A stretch of 61,594 bases of DNA, filler included, from 9 parts of 9 records of this genome joined end to end with filler, not necessarily neighbours in it; one strand, 5' to 3'. Shown: positions 17,902 through 29,054, counted from the first letter of the whole stretch. Program-made: numbers and translations. The notes: generated from the letters alone by a model not told the origin.

Positions 17902-19326
17902 TCAAACGCCGCCGATCGATACATGCTTGGTCTCAAGATAGGCATCGATTCCTTCGTTGCCCAGCTCGCGTCCCCACCCGCTCTGCTTGAAGCCGCCGAA
18001 CGGACAGTTGCTGGTTGACGGGACCGGGTCGTTGATCCCGACGGTGCCGGCCTCAAGCGCCTCCGATACGCGGAACATGCGGTTGAGATCAGTGGTAAAG
18101 GCGTACGCGGCGAGACCGAACTCAGTGTCGTTGGCCTTGGCGACCACCTCTGATTCGGTTTCAAACCGGTAGATTGCCGCAACCGGGGCAAAGATTTCCT
18201 CCCGGTAGCACTGCACCGTCTCCGGCATATCGACCAGCAGAGTGGGTTCGAGAAACGCTCCTTCCCCGGTGCCTTTTTTTCCTCCCGTCAATACGCGGCC
18301 ACCCTGGTTGATTCCATCTTCGATGAAAGCCAGTGCCGAAGACAGTGCGCTCTCGTCGATCATCGGTCCGACATCGACCGCATCCTCGTCCCACCTGCCA
18401 AGCTTCAGCGATTCTATTTTTTCAACCAGGGCGATGCAGAATTTCTCGTAGATGGAATCCTGGATATAGATGCGATTGGACGCGATGCAGGATTGGCCGT
18501 TGTTTCTGAACTTGGTAATAAGGATGCCATCGATAGCCTGCTCGAAATCGGCATCCTCGAAAACGATGAGCGGGGCGTTGCCCCCCAGTTCCAGGGATAA
18601 CTCGGTACATGTATCAGCTGCACCGCGAATAAGCGAGCGGCCGACCTCGGTGGAACCGGTAAAACTGATTTTACGGCATTTCGGATTTTCAAGCATTTCA
18701 GCAGAAATGTCCGCTGCCGCCCCGAGCACCAGCTGAAACACCCCGGCGGGCAACTTGGCGCGCTCTACGCAGCGCGCGAATTCACACGATGAAAGCGGCG
18801 TGGCACTCGCCGGCTTGAGAATAACCGTGCAGCCGGCAGCCAGAGCAGGTGCCACTTTCCTTACCGCGAGAACCAGCGGGAAATTCCATGGGGCAATGGC
18901 TCCGACCACTCCCACCGGCTGTCTGATGACAAGGTGCCGTTTGCCGTCCGCCTGAGGAGGGACAACCCGCCCGTAGACGCGTCGTCCTTCTTCGGCAAAC
19001 CAGAGGAGATGATCGATGGACATGGCGATTTCGCCTTTTGCCTGGGCAAGCGGCTTGCCGTTTTCCCTGGCGATAAGCTCAGCGATCAGATCGCCGCTCT
19101 TCTCAACTTCAGTCGCTATGGCTCTCAAATAATCACCACGTTCTTTGGCAGTCAGCTTTTTCCAGCTGCCAAACGCTGCATCACCATCTGCAATCGCCTG
19201 TGTAACTTCGTTGCGACCGACTTTCGCAACAGTCGCAAACGGTTCACCGGTTGCGGGATCGATTACGGCAAGCCGGGTATCACTGTCATGCCAGACACCG
19301 TTGAGCAGCAGTTTGTAGTGATCCAT
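17902..19326 (-). CDS. NAD(P)-dependent aldehyde dehydrogenase (SSADH/GabD-like)
   Basis: PWNFP, FTGSTEVG, LELGGNAP, GQSC, EEIFAP, PFGGFKQSG. Confidence 0.92.
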   Translation of the reverse strand: MDHYKLLLNGVWHDSDTRLAVIDPATGEPFATVAKVGRNEVTQAIADGDAAFGSWKKLTAKERGDYLRAIATEVEKSGDLIAELIARENGKPLAQAKGEIAMSIDHLLWFAEEGRRVYGRVVPPQADGKRHLVIRQPVGVVGAIAPWNFPLVLAVRKVAPALAAGCTVILKPASATPLSSCEFARCVERAKLPAGVFQLVLGAAADISAEMLENPKCRKISFTGSTEVGRSLIRGAADTCTELSLELGGNAPLIVFEDADFEQAIDGILITKFRNNGQSCIASNRIYIQDSIYEKFCIALVEKIESLKLGRWDEDAVDVGPMIDESALSSALAFIEDGINQGGRVLTGGKKGTGEGAFLEPTLLVDMPETVQCYREEIFAPVAAIYRFETESEVVAKANDTEFGLAAYAFTTDLNRMFRVSEALEAGTVGINDPVPSTSNCPFGGFKQSGWGRELGNEGIDAYLETKHVSIGGV

Positions 19327-19381
19327 CGTGTCGGTCCCCTCTGTAGATATATGACGGTCGGTGCTCCGATCTTACTCCCCG

Positions 19382-20692
19382 TCAGAGAAGCCACAGAGAC
19401 AGGGCAGGTACAAAAGCCAAGATCAGCACGACAACAAGCATAGTCAAGACAAAGGTGATTGCATAGCGCGAGATACTCATCACCGATTCCCCAGTCACAC
19501 CGGACACAACGAAGAGGTTGAGCCCCAGAGGCGGTGTGATGAATCCAATGCCAAGCGCGGTAATCATGAAGATACAGAAATGCACCTCATGCATCCCGAT
19601 CTCCTGGGCCAGCGGCAGCAGCAGCGGAGAGAGGATAACGATGTTCGGTGTGGTCTCCATCACGCAACCGGCAACCATCAGAATGACCAGCATCAGAAAG
19701 ACGATGAGATACTGGTTGGTGGTAAAATCCGTGATGCTCTGCACAAAAAACTGCGGTACCTGCAGAGATGCGAGCGTTTGAGCCAGAGGCAATGACATCG
19801 CGATGATCGGTACGATGACCCCGTTCACCTTTGCCGAGGTTTCCAGCATATCGGGAAAATCCTTCAGGGTCAGCGTACCCTGGAAGAAACCGATGATGAT
19901 GGTAGTCATAACCGCCACGGCGGCTGACTCGGTCGGCGTGAAGATACCTGAATAAATACCACCGAGAATGATAAACGGAATCAGAAGCGCGTAGCGCCCC
20001 TCGTAACAGGTTTTCGCGAGGTGCTTGAAATCGAACCCGATCCGCGAATCTTCGTAGCCTTTGAATTTGTTGACGATAATGTTCGTGATCATGACCGAGG
20101 TCAGGATCATCACACCGGGAATGGCCGCCGCGAGAAACAGTGTCGAAGCGGAAATACCGAGAACGAGACCGATGATGATATAGGCGATCGACGGAGGAAT
20201 CAGGATTCCGGTACACGCACCGGCGGCTACCATTGCACACGCGTATCCTTTCGGGTATCCCTTTTCGACCAGGCGACCGATGGTGATTCGGCTGATCGCT
20301 GCAGCATCAGCGGCATCTGAACCGGAGATACAGGCGAAGAAACCGCAGCCGAGAACCGTCGAGGTTCCGGAGCCGGCCTTCTGCCAGCCCATCACCGCCT
20401 CCGCCACCTGGAGCAGTTTCAGAGACAGACCCGTCCGTACCAGGACGTCACCGGTCAGGATGAAAAGAGGCACCGCAATCAGCGCGAACGAGTCGACGCC
20501 GTCAAACAACGCCTCCCCGAGAAGCGTGAGCGGCAGTACTTCCGTGAAATACAGCATGGCCATCGAACCCAGCCCGATAACTACCCAGATTCTGACACCG
20601 AGAAGAATGAGGACCACCATGCCAATCAGCGGCCCGTAAAAATCCCAGCCGAGAACGAGTTCCTGTGCCTGCTGCGCTATTGATGGAAACAT
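19382..20692 (-). CDS. TRAP transporter large permease DctM
   Basis: AVPLFILTG, GILIPPSI, GIFTPTESA, ITPPLGLNLFV. Confidence 0.92.
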   Translation of the reverse strand: MFPSIAQQAQELVLGWDFYGPLIGMVVLILLGVRIWVVIGLGSMAMLYFTEVLPLTLLGEALFDGVDSFALIAVPLFILTGDVLVRTGLSLKLLQVAEAVMGWQKAGSGTSTVLGCGFFACISGSDAADAAAISRITIGRLVEKGYPKGYACAMVAAGACTGILIPPSIAYIIIGLVLGISASTLFLAAAIPGVMILTSVMITNIIVNKFKGYEDSRIGFDFKHLAKTCYEGRYALLIPFIILGGIYSGIFTPTESAAVAVMTTIIIGFFQGTLTLKDFPDMLETSAKVNGVIVPIIAMSLPLAQTLASLQVPQFFVQSITDFTTNQYLIVFLMLVILMVAGCVMETTPNIVILSPLLLPLAQEIGMHEVHFCIFMITALGIGFITPPLGLNLFVVSGVTGESVMSISRYAITFVLTMLVVVLILAFVPALSLWLL

Positions 20693-20703
20693 ATTTTCTC
20701 CTC

Positions 20704-21225
20704 TTAATCAAAAAGTGCGTTGCCTTCAAACACAGGTCTGTTGGCTCTCAGGTCCTTCCAATCTCGCCATAGTGACTGCAGAATGCGAACCACCATCATT
20801 GAAAATCCGATTGGAACCGCGGCAAGGAACCAGGCTTGACTTATTCGTAAGCCATGCGTGACCGAATCAAAATGTAAAGAGACCAGAACCGATTCCATGG
20901 ACATATAAATCGACACGACCGCAAGAATCAGCGTGACGATATCGCCAAAGATATAGAGGATCAGTTTCATCCGATTGGGTAACAGATTGAGTATGACATC
21001 TATCCGAATGTGTGCTCTTTCTTTGATCGCTGCAGAGGCGCCGATATACGCGATATAAATAAATGCATAGCGGGCAATCTCCTCTGTCCAGACCGAAGAA
21101 TAGGAAAGTACGCTGCGCCTGATAACCTCAATAAAAATGGAGCTTACGATCATCGCGTAAAGCGGCAGCAGCAGGTAGCGTTCACCGTTTTTGTCGATGA
21201 GTTGGAGAATCTTTTTGAAATCCAT
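20704..21225 (-). CDS. TRAP transporter small permease DctQ
   Basis: WTEEIARY, HIRID, four TMs. Confidence 0.9.
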   Translation of the reverse strand: MDFKKILQLIDKNGERYLLLPLYAMIVSSIFIEVIRRSVLSYSSVWTEEIARYAFIYIAYIGASAAIKERAHIRIDVILNLLPNRMKLILYIFGDIVTLILAVVSIYMSMESVLVSLHFDSVTHGLRISQAWFLAAVPIGFSMMVVRILQSLWRDWKDLRANRPVFEGNALFD

Positions 21226-21309
21226 GGGGCCACCATCGGGTTATGGTTCATTGAGGGGCGGCCAACGCCTGACCGCCCCCATACATCAACTTCATCAGCA
21301 ACTACATCA

Positions 21310-22108
21310 TTAACCTTTTACATCATGTATATAGTAGCCGGTGAAGGTATTGGCGGCCTCCTGCAGGGCGTCGAATTTCTCGACCGAACCGAGCAGTTCC
21401 TTCTTGATGGCGTCCCATGCCGACAGCTGGGCTCCGGCCTTGGCAACCCACTGCTCCTTCTCGGCCGCGGTCGGTGCATAGAACTGTACGCCTGCCTTGG
21501 CCATTTCAGCCATCGCGTAGGCGCGGGCGGCCGGAACCATGGCCAGGTTCTGACGGAAGGTGATATCGCTGGCGAACTCGATGGCTTCCTGGATATCCTT
21601 GGGCAGGCTGTTGAACCACTCGAGGTTGCAGGAATAGACCTGGGCATCCGGAACCGCGGCGTTGAAGGTGATCCAGGAGAGGATCTCCTTGAAACCGAAC
21701 GTATACAGGGCGCCAACAGCGGGATCCAGAGCGTCTGCGACACCCTGCTTGATGGCTGAGGAAGTCTCGCCCCAGGCAACCGGGGTCGGGTTTGCACCGA
21801 GCAGCTGGTAGAACTTCTGGAGGATCTTGGATCCCGGTACGCGGAACTTGATGCCCTGGAGCTGATCCGGGGTCTTTATCGGTCCATCCACGCCTTTACG
21901 GATCGCGCAAGTTCTCGGATCAATCTGGCAATACCAGAGTGCTTTGAATCCTTTGGCCTCGATTTTCGGGTTGATCTCACCCTTCCACGCGTCAGAGGTC
22001 ACCAGGTTGATGAACTGCTGATTCTCACCGCACATATACGGGATGTTGATGACATCGGCCGCAGGTGCGAACGGAGCAAAGTTGGAAATCGAATGCTGGG
22101 CCGCCTGG
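21310..22108 (-). CDS. TRAP substrate-binding protein DctP, 5' truncated
   Basis: LQGIKFRVPGS, GANPTPVAWGE, KQGVAD; the frame stays open to the contig edge. Confidence 0.88.
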
Positions 22109-22208
22109 NNNNNNNNNNNNNNNNNNNNNNNNNNNNNNNNNNNNNNNNNNNNTTAATTAATTAANNNNNNNNNNNNNNNNNNNNNNNNNNNNNNNNNNNN
22201 NNNNNNNN
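22109..22208. other. Artificial contig linker
   Basis: N/TTAATTAATTAA spacer. Confidence 0.99.
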
Positions 22209-22240
22209 CCCCCTTCTCAGGAAATTGGAAAAGTATAATC

Positions 22241-23629
22241 ATGACACCCTACAAAACAATCACCCGGGAAATCCGGGATCTCATCGTCGAAACCCTGGGC
22301 AAAGACTCTGTAATCTGCGACCCGGAGCAGCTTGAGGCGTATAATTGTGATGCCTCGGAACTTTGCCACACCCCCGAGCTTGTGGTTCACCCCAAGACGG
22401 TGCAGCAAATCCAGGACCTCATGATCCTGGCCGGACGCCATCATTTTCCCGTCACCCCCAGGGGCGGCGGCAGCGGCCTTGCCGGGGCCTGCCTGCCTGT
22501 AATGGGCGGGGTGGTCCTTTCCATGACCGGCTTAAACACCATCCGCAACATCGATAAAAAAAACCTGATCATGGAAGTGGAGGCCGGAGCCATCAGCAAA
22601 GAGGTCCGGGACCAGGCCGCTGCCATGGGCCTGTTTTACCCCCCTGACCCTGCGGGCATGGACAAAAGCACCATCGGGGGCAATGCCGCCACAGACGCAG
22701 GCGGCCCAGCCTGTGTCAAATACGGCACCACCCGGGACTATATTCTGGGGCTTGAGGCGGTCCTGGCCGACGGCAGCCTGATCCAAACCGGGGTTAAAAC
22801 CCGCAAGGGGGTGGTGGGCTATGATATGACCAATGTCCTGGTCGGCTGCGAAGGCACCCTGGGCATCATCACGGCCCTGACCCTGAAGCTGTTACCCGCT
22901 CCTGCCGCCGTTTCAGGCATGCTCGCGGTGTTTACGGATATGGTCTCGGCCATGACTGCCGTCTCAGATATCATGGGAAAGGGCCATATCCCCTCTGCCA
23001 TTGAATTTATGGATTATAAGTGCCTCTCCCTTGTGGGCAAGACCCTGCCCTTGACCCTGCCCGGGGACCGGCCCTCCATCCTGATCATTGAGATTGACGG
23101 CCCAAAAGATCAGATTTGTCATGACATCAAGGGCATCGCAGACATTGCCACCCAGGCCGGAGCCACCCACATCCTGCCGGCGGACAGCCCGGAGGAGCGG
23201 GAAAAGATCTGGGCGGTCCGGCGCAGTGTCTCCCTTGAAATTCACGATTACGCCCCCTTATACGTGTCAGAAGATGTGGCTGTGCCGCTGACCGCCATCG
23301 CTGCCCTGGTGGACTCCCTGCCGGCCTACGAAGAAAAATACGGACTGACAATTTTTGCATTTGGCCATGCCGGAGATGGCAATATCCACTTGAACATCAC
23401 AGCCCCGGACCGAAACCACATGGACCGGGTTGAACAGGGGATCACCGCACTTTTGGCCCAGGTCATTGAGATGGGCGGCACCATTTCCGGTGAGCACGGC
23501 ATCGGCCTGGCCAAAAAACAATTCCTTGCCATGGAGCTGTCCCCAAAAAGCATCAGTCTGCAAAAAGGCATAAAAACCCTTTTTGATCCGGACCAGATCC
23601 TGAACCCGGGGAAATTGTTTCCGGAATAG
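22241..23629 (+). CDS. FAD-linked oxidoreductase, GlcD/D-lactate dehydrogenase family
   Basis: PRGGGSGLAG, YPPDPA, GHAGDGNIH, GEHGIG, LNPGK. Confidence 0.9.
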   Translation: MTPYKTITREIRDLIVETLGKDSVICDPEQLEAYNCDASELCHTPELVVHPKTVQQIQDLMILAGRHHFPVTPRGGGSGLAGACLPVMGGVVLSMTGLNTIRNIDKKNLIMEVEAGAISKEVRDQAAAMGLFYPPDPAGMDKSTIGGNAATDAGGPACVKYGTTRDYILGLEAVLADGSLIQTGVKTRKGVVGYDMTNVLVGCEGTLGIITALTLKLLPAPAAVSGMLAVFTDMVSAMTAVSDIMGKGHIPSAIEFMDYKCLSLVGKTLPLTLPGDRPSILIIEIDGPKDQICHDIKGIADIATQAGATHILPADSPEEREKIWAVRRSVSLEIHDYAPLYVSEDVAVPLTAIAALVDSLPAYEEKYGLTIFAFGHAGDGNIHLNITAPDRNHMDRVEQGITALLAQVIEMGGTISGEHGIGLAKKQFLAMELSPKSISLQKGIKTLFDPDQILNPGKLFPE

Positions 23630-23678
23630 AATGGGCGGTCTCGTCTCGAGAAGTCACTGAACACATCATTTTCTGCCC

Positions 23679-23709
23679 TGTCCCGGCAGGAGTACCAAAT
23701 GCCGGGACA
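23679..23709. terminator. Hairpin between convergent genes
   Basis: TGTCCCGGCA-N11-TGCCGGGACA. Confidence 0.55.
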
Positions 23710-23723
23710 AGGAGACGGGCTGC

Positions 23724-24032
23724 TTACATCCTTCGTTTGGAGGCCTTGATGGGATTCAGGGACTTGCCGCCCTTTGCCGTACCCGTATCGGTTTTGATCA
23801 GGTGGGTGTTGGCATTGAACAGGTTCAGGGGGTCCAACCCCAAGCCCTCAAGCGTCTGGATGATCTTCTCCCGGGGAACGCCGTAACGGTTCACATCGGC
23901 CACCATGCGGCCCACCCGATCCTGGGTGGTCAGATACAGCCCCTTGCTGTCAATGGCAAGAAGCTGGGCCTCCCCGTTATTGGTCACCTCCTGAATGATC
24001 ATATCCTGGGTGGTACCATAGCGATTTTCCAT
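23724..24032 (-). CDS. Hypothetical protein (102 aa)
   Basis: RBS AAGGAG upstream, plausible composition, basic C-terminus. Confidence 0.7.
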   Translation of the reverse strand: MENRYGTTQDMIIQEVTNNGEAQLLAIDSKGLYLTTQDRVGRMVADVNRYGVPREKIIQTLEGLGLDPLNLFNANTHLIKTDTGTAKGGKSLNPIKASKRRM

Positions 24033-24391
24033 TATAATTCTCCTTGATTTCTAAAAATTTATCGAATAACTCTATCATAACAAAAGTATGTGTTACATAA
24101 CTTAATTAGCATAGCACCCCGGCTTGTTCAAGCCCCGATTTGCCCGCCCCTTATCCATTACCAACTTAGGACACTGTCCCTCCTTTCCTTTGGCCAGATA
24201 AATTTTCCTCACCCATACACCCTGGCCTAAACCATGGGTTGGCCCTGGATTGCTCGGCGAAATTCTTGACACTGCCCGGAAGTGGTGGTATTTATTTTCG
24301 TTTTAGTATTTTTTAATTGGCCTGACATGTCCTGCATTCTGGTCCTGCATTTTGCAATCCCGTTAACCGACAGTTTAGGAGAAAAACACAG

Positions 24392-25446
24392 ATGAAGACG
24401 AATAAGTGGTTGACCCTTTTTCTGGCAATGACCATGGCCCTGAGCCTCGGCGTCACAGCCTTTGCGGCAGACAAACCCATTAAGTGGAAGATGGCCTCAT
24501 CCTGGCCCAAAGGCACCATGATCCAGTGGGCGGCAGAGGACTTCGCCAACAGCGTCAATGCCATGAGCGGCGGCAGGCTGGTCATTAAAAGCTACGCTGC
24601 AGGGGTTCTCATGGGCGCCTTAGAGGTGACCGACAGTGTCCGCATGGGCACCATTGATGTGGCCCATTGCTCCCCGGCCTACCAGATGGGCAAGCTGCCC
24701 ACCGCTCCCCTGTTCGCCTATATCCCCTTTGGCATGGATGCCGTGCCCTACCTGACCTGGATCTATGAAAACGAAGGCCTGGAATTATACAAAGAGCTTT
24801 ACGAGCCATATAAACTGGGGTATTCCGCCCCCTGCGGCATCATCCCGACGGAAAACCTGGCCTGGTCCAACAAGCCCATCAAAACCATGGCGGATTTCAA
24901 AGGCCTTAAATTCCGGACCAGCGGTTTCTGGGGGGAAATCCTCAGCCAAGCCGGTGCCTCGGTCATGATGCTGCCGGCCGGCGAAATTTATGAGGCTCTC
25001 CAGCGCAACGTCCTGGATGCAGGCGAGTTCAGCATCCCCTCCATGGACAAGGATCTGTCCTTCCATGAAACTGCCAAATACCTTCTGGTTCCCGGCATCC
25101 ACCAGCCCAGCACCTTTCTGGACATCACCATCAACAAGCGCTCCTGGGCCAAGCTGCCCGAGGATCTTAAAGAGATCGTAAAAACCGCTGCCCAGGCCAC
25201 CACCATGAAAATGCTGATTCACTGCATTGACAAGGACATCGACGCCCTGGCCTTTTTCAAGGAAAAGGGGTGGAAATCCAATACCTCAGCCCGGAAATCC
25301 AAAAGGAATTGTCTAAGAAATCCGACGCTCTCATGGACGAGAAAGCGGCAAAAGACCCCTTCTTCGCAAAAGTCCTGGCCTCCCAGCGTAAATTCCGGGA
25401 AGGCTATAACACCTATAAAAAGCTGATGACCCCGGATTACGAATAG
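24392..25446 (+). CDS. TRAP substrate-binding protein DctP (monocarboxylate/keto-acid type), frameshift near 25267-25270
   Basis: Signal peptide, WKMASSWP, MSGGRL, KGLKFR, PGIHQP. Adding one G restores KGVEIQYLSPE...LMTPDYE* ending at 25446. Confidence 0.88.
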
Positions 25447-25467
25447 GCCATGGGCAGGTAGAGGCAG

Positions 25468-25992
25468 ATGATTTTAAAATTCATTGACAATGCAAGCGAG
25501 ATCACGGGCCGGATGACCTCCTGGCTCGTGATCGTGCTCACCCTGGTACTGGGCTATGAAATTGCCGCCCGGTACCTGTTCGGCGCCCCCACCAAGTGGG
25601 CCTTTGATTTAAGCTATATGATCGGGGGCACCTTTTTTCTCATGGGGGAGGCCTATACCCTCAAGCACCGGCAGCATGTCCGCATTGACATCTTTTACAG
25701 CCGGTTTTCTCCAAGGACCCGGGCCGGGATTGATGTGATCTTTTTCCTCTTGCTCTTTTTCCCGCTGTGGGGCGGGATCCTCTATGCCTTGTTCCCCTAT
25801 GTGGCCTTTTCCTGGCAGGTGGGGGAGAAATCCATGCAGGGGTATTGGCAGCCCATTCTCTATCCTTTTAAAACCGTCATGCCCATTGGCGTGGGACTCT
25901 TCCTGCTCCAGGGCCTTGCTGAATTCTGCCGCAGCCTCATGATCCTGGTCAAAGGAGAGGCAATTGAGGCCGGAAATGAGGGGGTATCATGA
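25468..25992 (+). CDS. TRAP small permease DctQ
   Basis: ARYLFGAPTKWA, HVRIDIFY. Confidence 0.9.
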   Translation: MILKFIDNASEITGRMTSWLVIVLTLVLGYEIAARYLFGAPTKWAFDLSYMIGGTFFLMGEAYTLKHRQHVRIDIFYSRFSPRTRAGIDVIFFLLLFFPLWGGILYALFPYVAFSWQVGEKSMQGYWQPILYPFKTVMPIGVGLFLLQGLAEFCRSLMILVKGEAIEAGNEGVS

Positions 25993-27315
25993 TACTGCCT
26001 GATTCCCCCGAACTCCTGGTATTAATGATGTTCGGCAGCCTGTTTACCGGGATCTTCCTGGGGTTTCCCACGGCTTTTGTCCTGGGCGGGGTGGCCATGG
26101 TTTTCGGCTTCGGCACCATGGGACCCGATATTTTCGGGCTGTTCATCACCCGGCTGTTCGGCCTGATGAAAAATTATACCCTTTTGGCGGTTCCCCTGTT
26201 CTTGTTCATGGGGGTGTTCATGGAGAAATCCGGGGTGGCCGAGCGTCTCTTTAAGGCCATGCACCTGCTCTGGGGCGGGATGCGCGGCGGCCTTGGCATC
26301 AGCACCATTGCCATCTCCGCCCTCTTTGCTGCGGCCACCGGCGTGGTGGGAGCCTCGGAGGTCACCATCGGGCTCATGGCCCTGCCGGCCATGCTCAAAA
26401 ATTCCTATGACAAATCCCTGGCCTGCGGCAGCGTATGTGCCGGCGGCACCCTGGGGATTCTTATCCCGCCAAGCATCATGATCGTAATTTACGGCCCCAT
26501 TGCCCAGATCTCCGTGGGCAAACTGTTTTTAGGGGCCCTGGTGCCCGGGATACTGCTCTCCGTCCTCTACATGGTCTATATTGCCATTCGCTGCTACTTC
26601 CGGCCCCAGGACGGTCCGCCCATGGCCGAAGACCAGCGCAACCTGCCTTTGGGCCAGAAGCTGTGGCTGCTGGTTACCTCGGTGCTGCCCCCGGCCCTGC
26701 TGATCTTTGCAGTCCTGGGCTCCATCTTTTTCGGCATTGCCGCCGTAACCGAGGCCGCTGCCGTGGGCGTTGTGGCCAGCATCCTTCTGGCGGCCTGCTA
26801 TGGACGGCTGACCTTTGGTACGGTAAAAGCGGCCTGTACCCAGACCCTGACCATCACCAGCATGATCCTGATGATCGCCATTGGCGCCTCGTTTTTTTCA
26901 TCGGTCTTCGTGGCCCTGGGCGGGGATGATGTGATTTCCAGCCTGTTTTTAAATCTTCCCTTTGGCAAGTGGGGCATCATGGCCACAATCATGGCCCTGC
27001 TGATCCTGGTGGGCATGTTCATCGACTGGATGGGCATATTGTTCATCATAGTCCCCCTGATCACCCCCATTGGTGCGGAGCTGGGATTTGATCCGGTCTG
27101 GTTTGCGGTCATGGTCATGGTCAATCTCCAGATCTCTTTTCTGACGCCGCCCTTTGCCTACTCCATTTTTTATCTTAAGGGCATTACCCCACCGGAAGTG
27201 CAGACCACGGATATTTACCGCGGGGTTCTTCCCTTTGTGGGGATGCAGGTACTGGCCCTGCTGCTCTGTGTTATTTTTCCCTTTTTGATCACCTGGCTGC
27301 CCGGCCGGCTGATCC
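25989..27315 (+). CDS. TRAP large permease DctM, end at the contig edge
   Basis: AVPLFLFMG, GTLGILIPPS, NLQISFLTPPF. Confidence 0.92.
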
Positions 27316-27415
27316 NNNNNNNNNNNNNNNNNNNNNNNNNNNNNNNNNNNNNNNNNNNNTTAATTAATTAANNNNNNNNNNNNNNNNNNNNNNNNNNNNN
27401 NNNNNNNNNNNNNNN
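27316..27415. other. Artificial contig linker
   Basis: N/TTAATTAATTAA spacer. Confidence 0.99.
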
Positions 27416-28141
27416 GGGAATCCCCATCGAACGAATTAAGGATGCCATGGCCCATATATCCGTAAAAAGTCATGCCAACGGCGCCATGAACCCCAGGGCA
27501 CACCTGAAAAGAGCCATCACCAAAGAACAGGTGATGAAGGCACCGATGATCGCGTATCCGTTGGGATTGTTTGATTGTTGCGGCGTCAGCGACGGCGCTG
27601 CGGCGGCCATCGTAACGACACCCGAGATCGCCAAGAGCCTGAAACCGAATCAGGATGTCATCAAGGTCAAATCCCTCCAGATCGCGGTCAGCTCCGGTGA
27701 GGAGGCGTTTCATGATGCGTGGGACGGCGCCCATGTCATGTCCACCCAAAAGGCGGCGACCAAAGCCTATGAAGAGGCTGGCATCAATGATCCGCGCAGC
27801 GAACTGAGCATGATGGAAGTGCACGATTGCTTCTCCGTCACGGAGCTTGTGACCTACGAGGATCTGCACATCTCACCCAAGGGGAAGGCATGCGACGACA
27901 CGCAGGAAGGCTTCTACGATCTAGATGGCCAGGTCCCGTGCCAGGTGGACGGTGGATTGAAGTGTTTCGGCCATCCCATCGGCGCATCCGGTTTGCGGAT
28001 GATCTTTGCCATGTATGAACAACTGCTGGAGAGAGTGCCGCCCGAACGTTTGGTGAAAAATGCCCGGCTGGGACTCACCCATAACCTCGGGGAATCCCTT
28101 GGATGAACATCTGTGCCCTTTCGATCATCGGAAAGGACTGA
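27416..28141 (+). CDS. SCP-x-type thiolase (acetyl-CoA acetyltransferase), 5' truncated, frameshift near 28089-28092
   Basis: DCCGVSDGAAA, EVHDCF, GHPIGASG. Adding one G gives THNLGGIPWMNICALSIIGKD*. Confidence 0.88.
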
Positions 28142-28250
28142 TCGCTTGTTACGCATTCGCGTGATACTGACCCGTATTAAAAAAGAAGGTGCGACGACGC
28201 GAGGTTTGTACTCCTATCGCCGCACCTTTGTCAATTTTAGAATTCGACCC

Positions 28251-28577
28251 ATGTTCAAGACATACACGCATGAAGTCGGGCTAACGATACGCGCCATATC
28301 CGGGGAGTATGAGGTCGAGAAAGAGGATGTGATCGAATTTGACGGAGAAAAAATTCTCTACTCCATCGCAATCGCCAACATGGACTCATCCTGCTGCGGA
28401 ACCTGGGGATGCAGATACGCACTGGTTCATGGTTATATAAGGCAGTGCAAAACGGAAAAGAACGGCGATGGGCTATGGGTTTCCAAGGTTGAAACAATTA
28501 AAGACGATGATCGTAAAGAGGAACTTCAACGTATCCTCACGGAACAGGACAATTGTCTTCAGATCCAATTTCAATAA
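28251..28577 (+). CDS. Hypothetical Cys-motif protein (108 aa)
   Basis: ORF from ATG 28251 with DSSCCGTWGC motif. Confidence 0.7.
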   Translation: MFKTYTHEVGLTIRAISGEYEVEKEDVIEFDGEKILYSIAIANMDSSCCGTWGCRYALVHGYIRQCKTEKNGDGLWVSKVETIKDDDRKEELQRILTEQDNCLQIQFQ

Positions 28578-28666
28578 CCGGCCAACTTTCGGGTGTATAG
28601 AAAATGGATTTTCCATGAATCAACGTTCCCATCCTTAGCACCCGAGCAAATCACAATCTTCTCTTG

Positions 28667-28682
28667 TGGCACATTTCTTGAT
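28667..28682 (+). promoter_or_regulatory. Candidate sigma54 -24/-12 promoter for moaD-aor
   Basis: TGGCACATTTCTTGAT, with GG and GA at the correct spacing. Confidence 0.5.
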
Positions 28683-28776
28683 ATAAGTAGTATTTGGATA
28701 TAAACAGTCGGGAATCAAACCGATTACGGGTGTGCAGCCGTTTCACTTTTTTCCCTAACCATGACAGGATTTTTCC

Positions 28777-29010
28777 GTGAAAGTCAGGGTGTTCGCACCA
28801 GCATTTTTAGACCTGTCAGCACTCGACAACGATGGGTATGTGACTCTGCCTGAAGGGTCGGATGTCGGCACCCTGTTAAAGAAACTGAAGATACCGTTTA
28901 TTATACATCCCATTGCTTTCTATACCGTTAACAACGCCCGAGTAAAAGCGAAGGACAAATTAAAAGATGGCGATACGGTGACCATTTTAGCCCTTGCAGC
29001 GGGAGGCTGA
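28777..29010 (+). CDS. MoaD/ThiS family protein
   Basis: Ends LKDGDTVTILALAAGG; adjacent to AOR. Confidence 0.85.
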   Translation: MKVRVFAPAFLDLSALDNDGYVTLPEGSDVGTLLKKLKIPFIIHPIAFYTVNNARVKAKDKLKDGDTVTILALAAGG

Positions 29011-29054
29011 CCGTGTTGGTAGGGGAAAATTTTCTTTCAAGGAGTGTGGATCAA

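Noticed and set aside
28104-28106. TGA ending the thiolase ORF as selenocysteine read-through
   Set aside because: Adding one G in the upstream G-run restores the canonical HNLGG C-terminus.
28690-28776. Moco/tungsten riboswitch upstream of moaD-aor
   Set aside because: The leader is short and I could not match the conserved motif elements.
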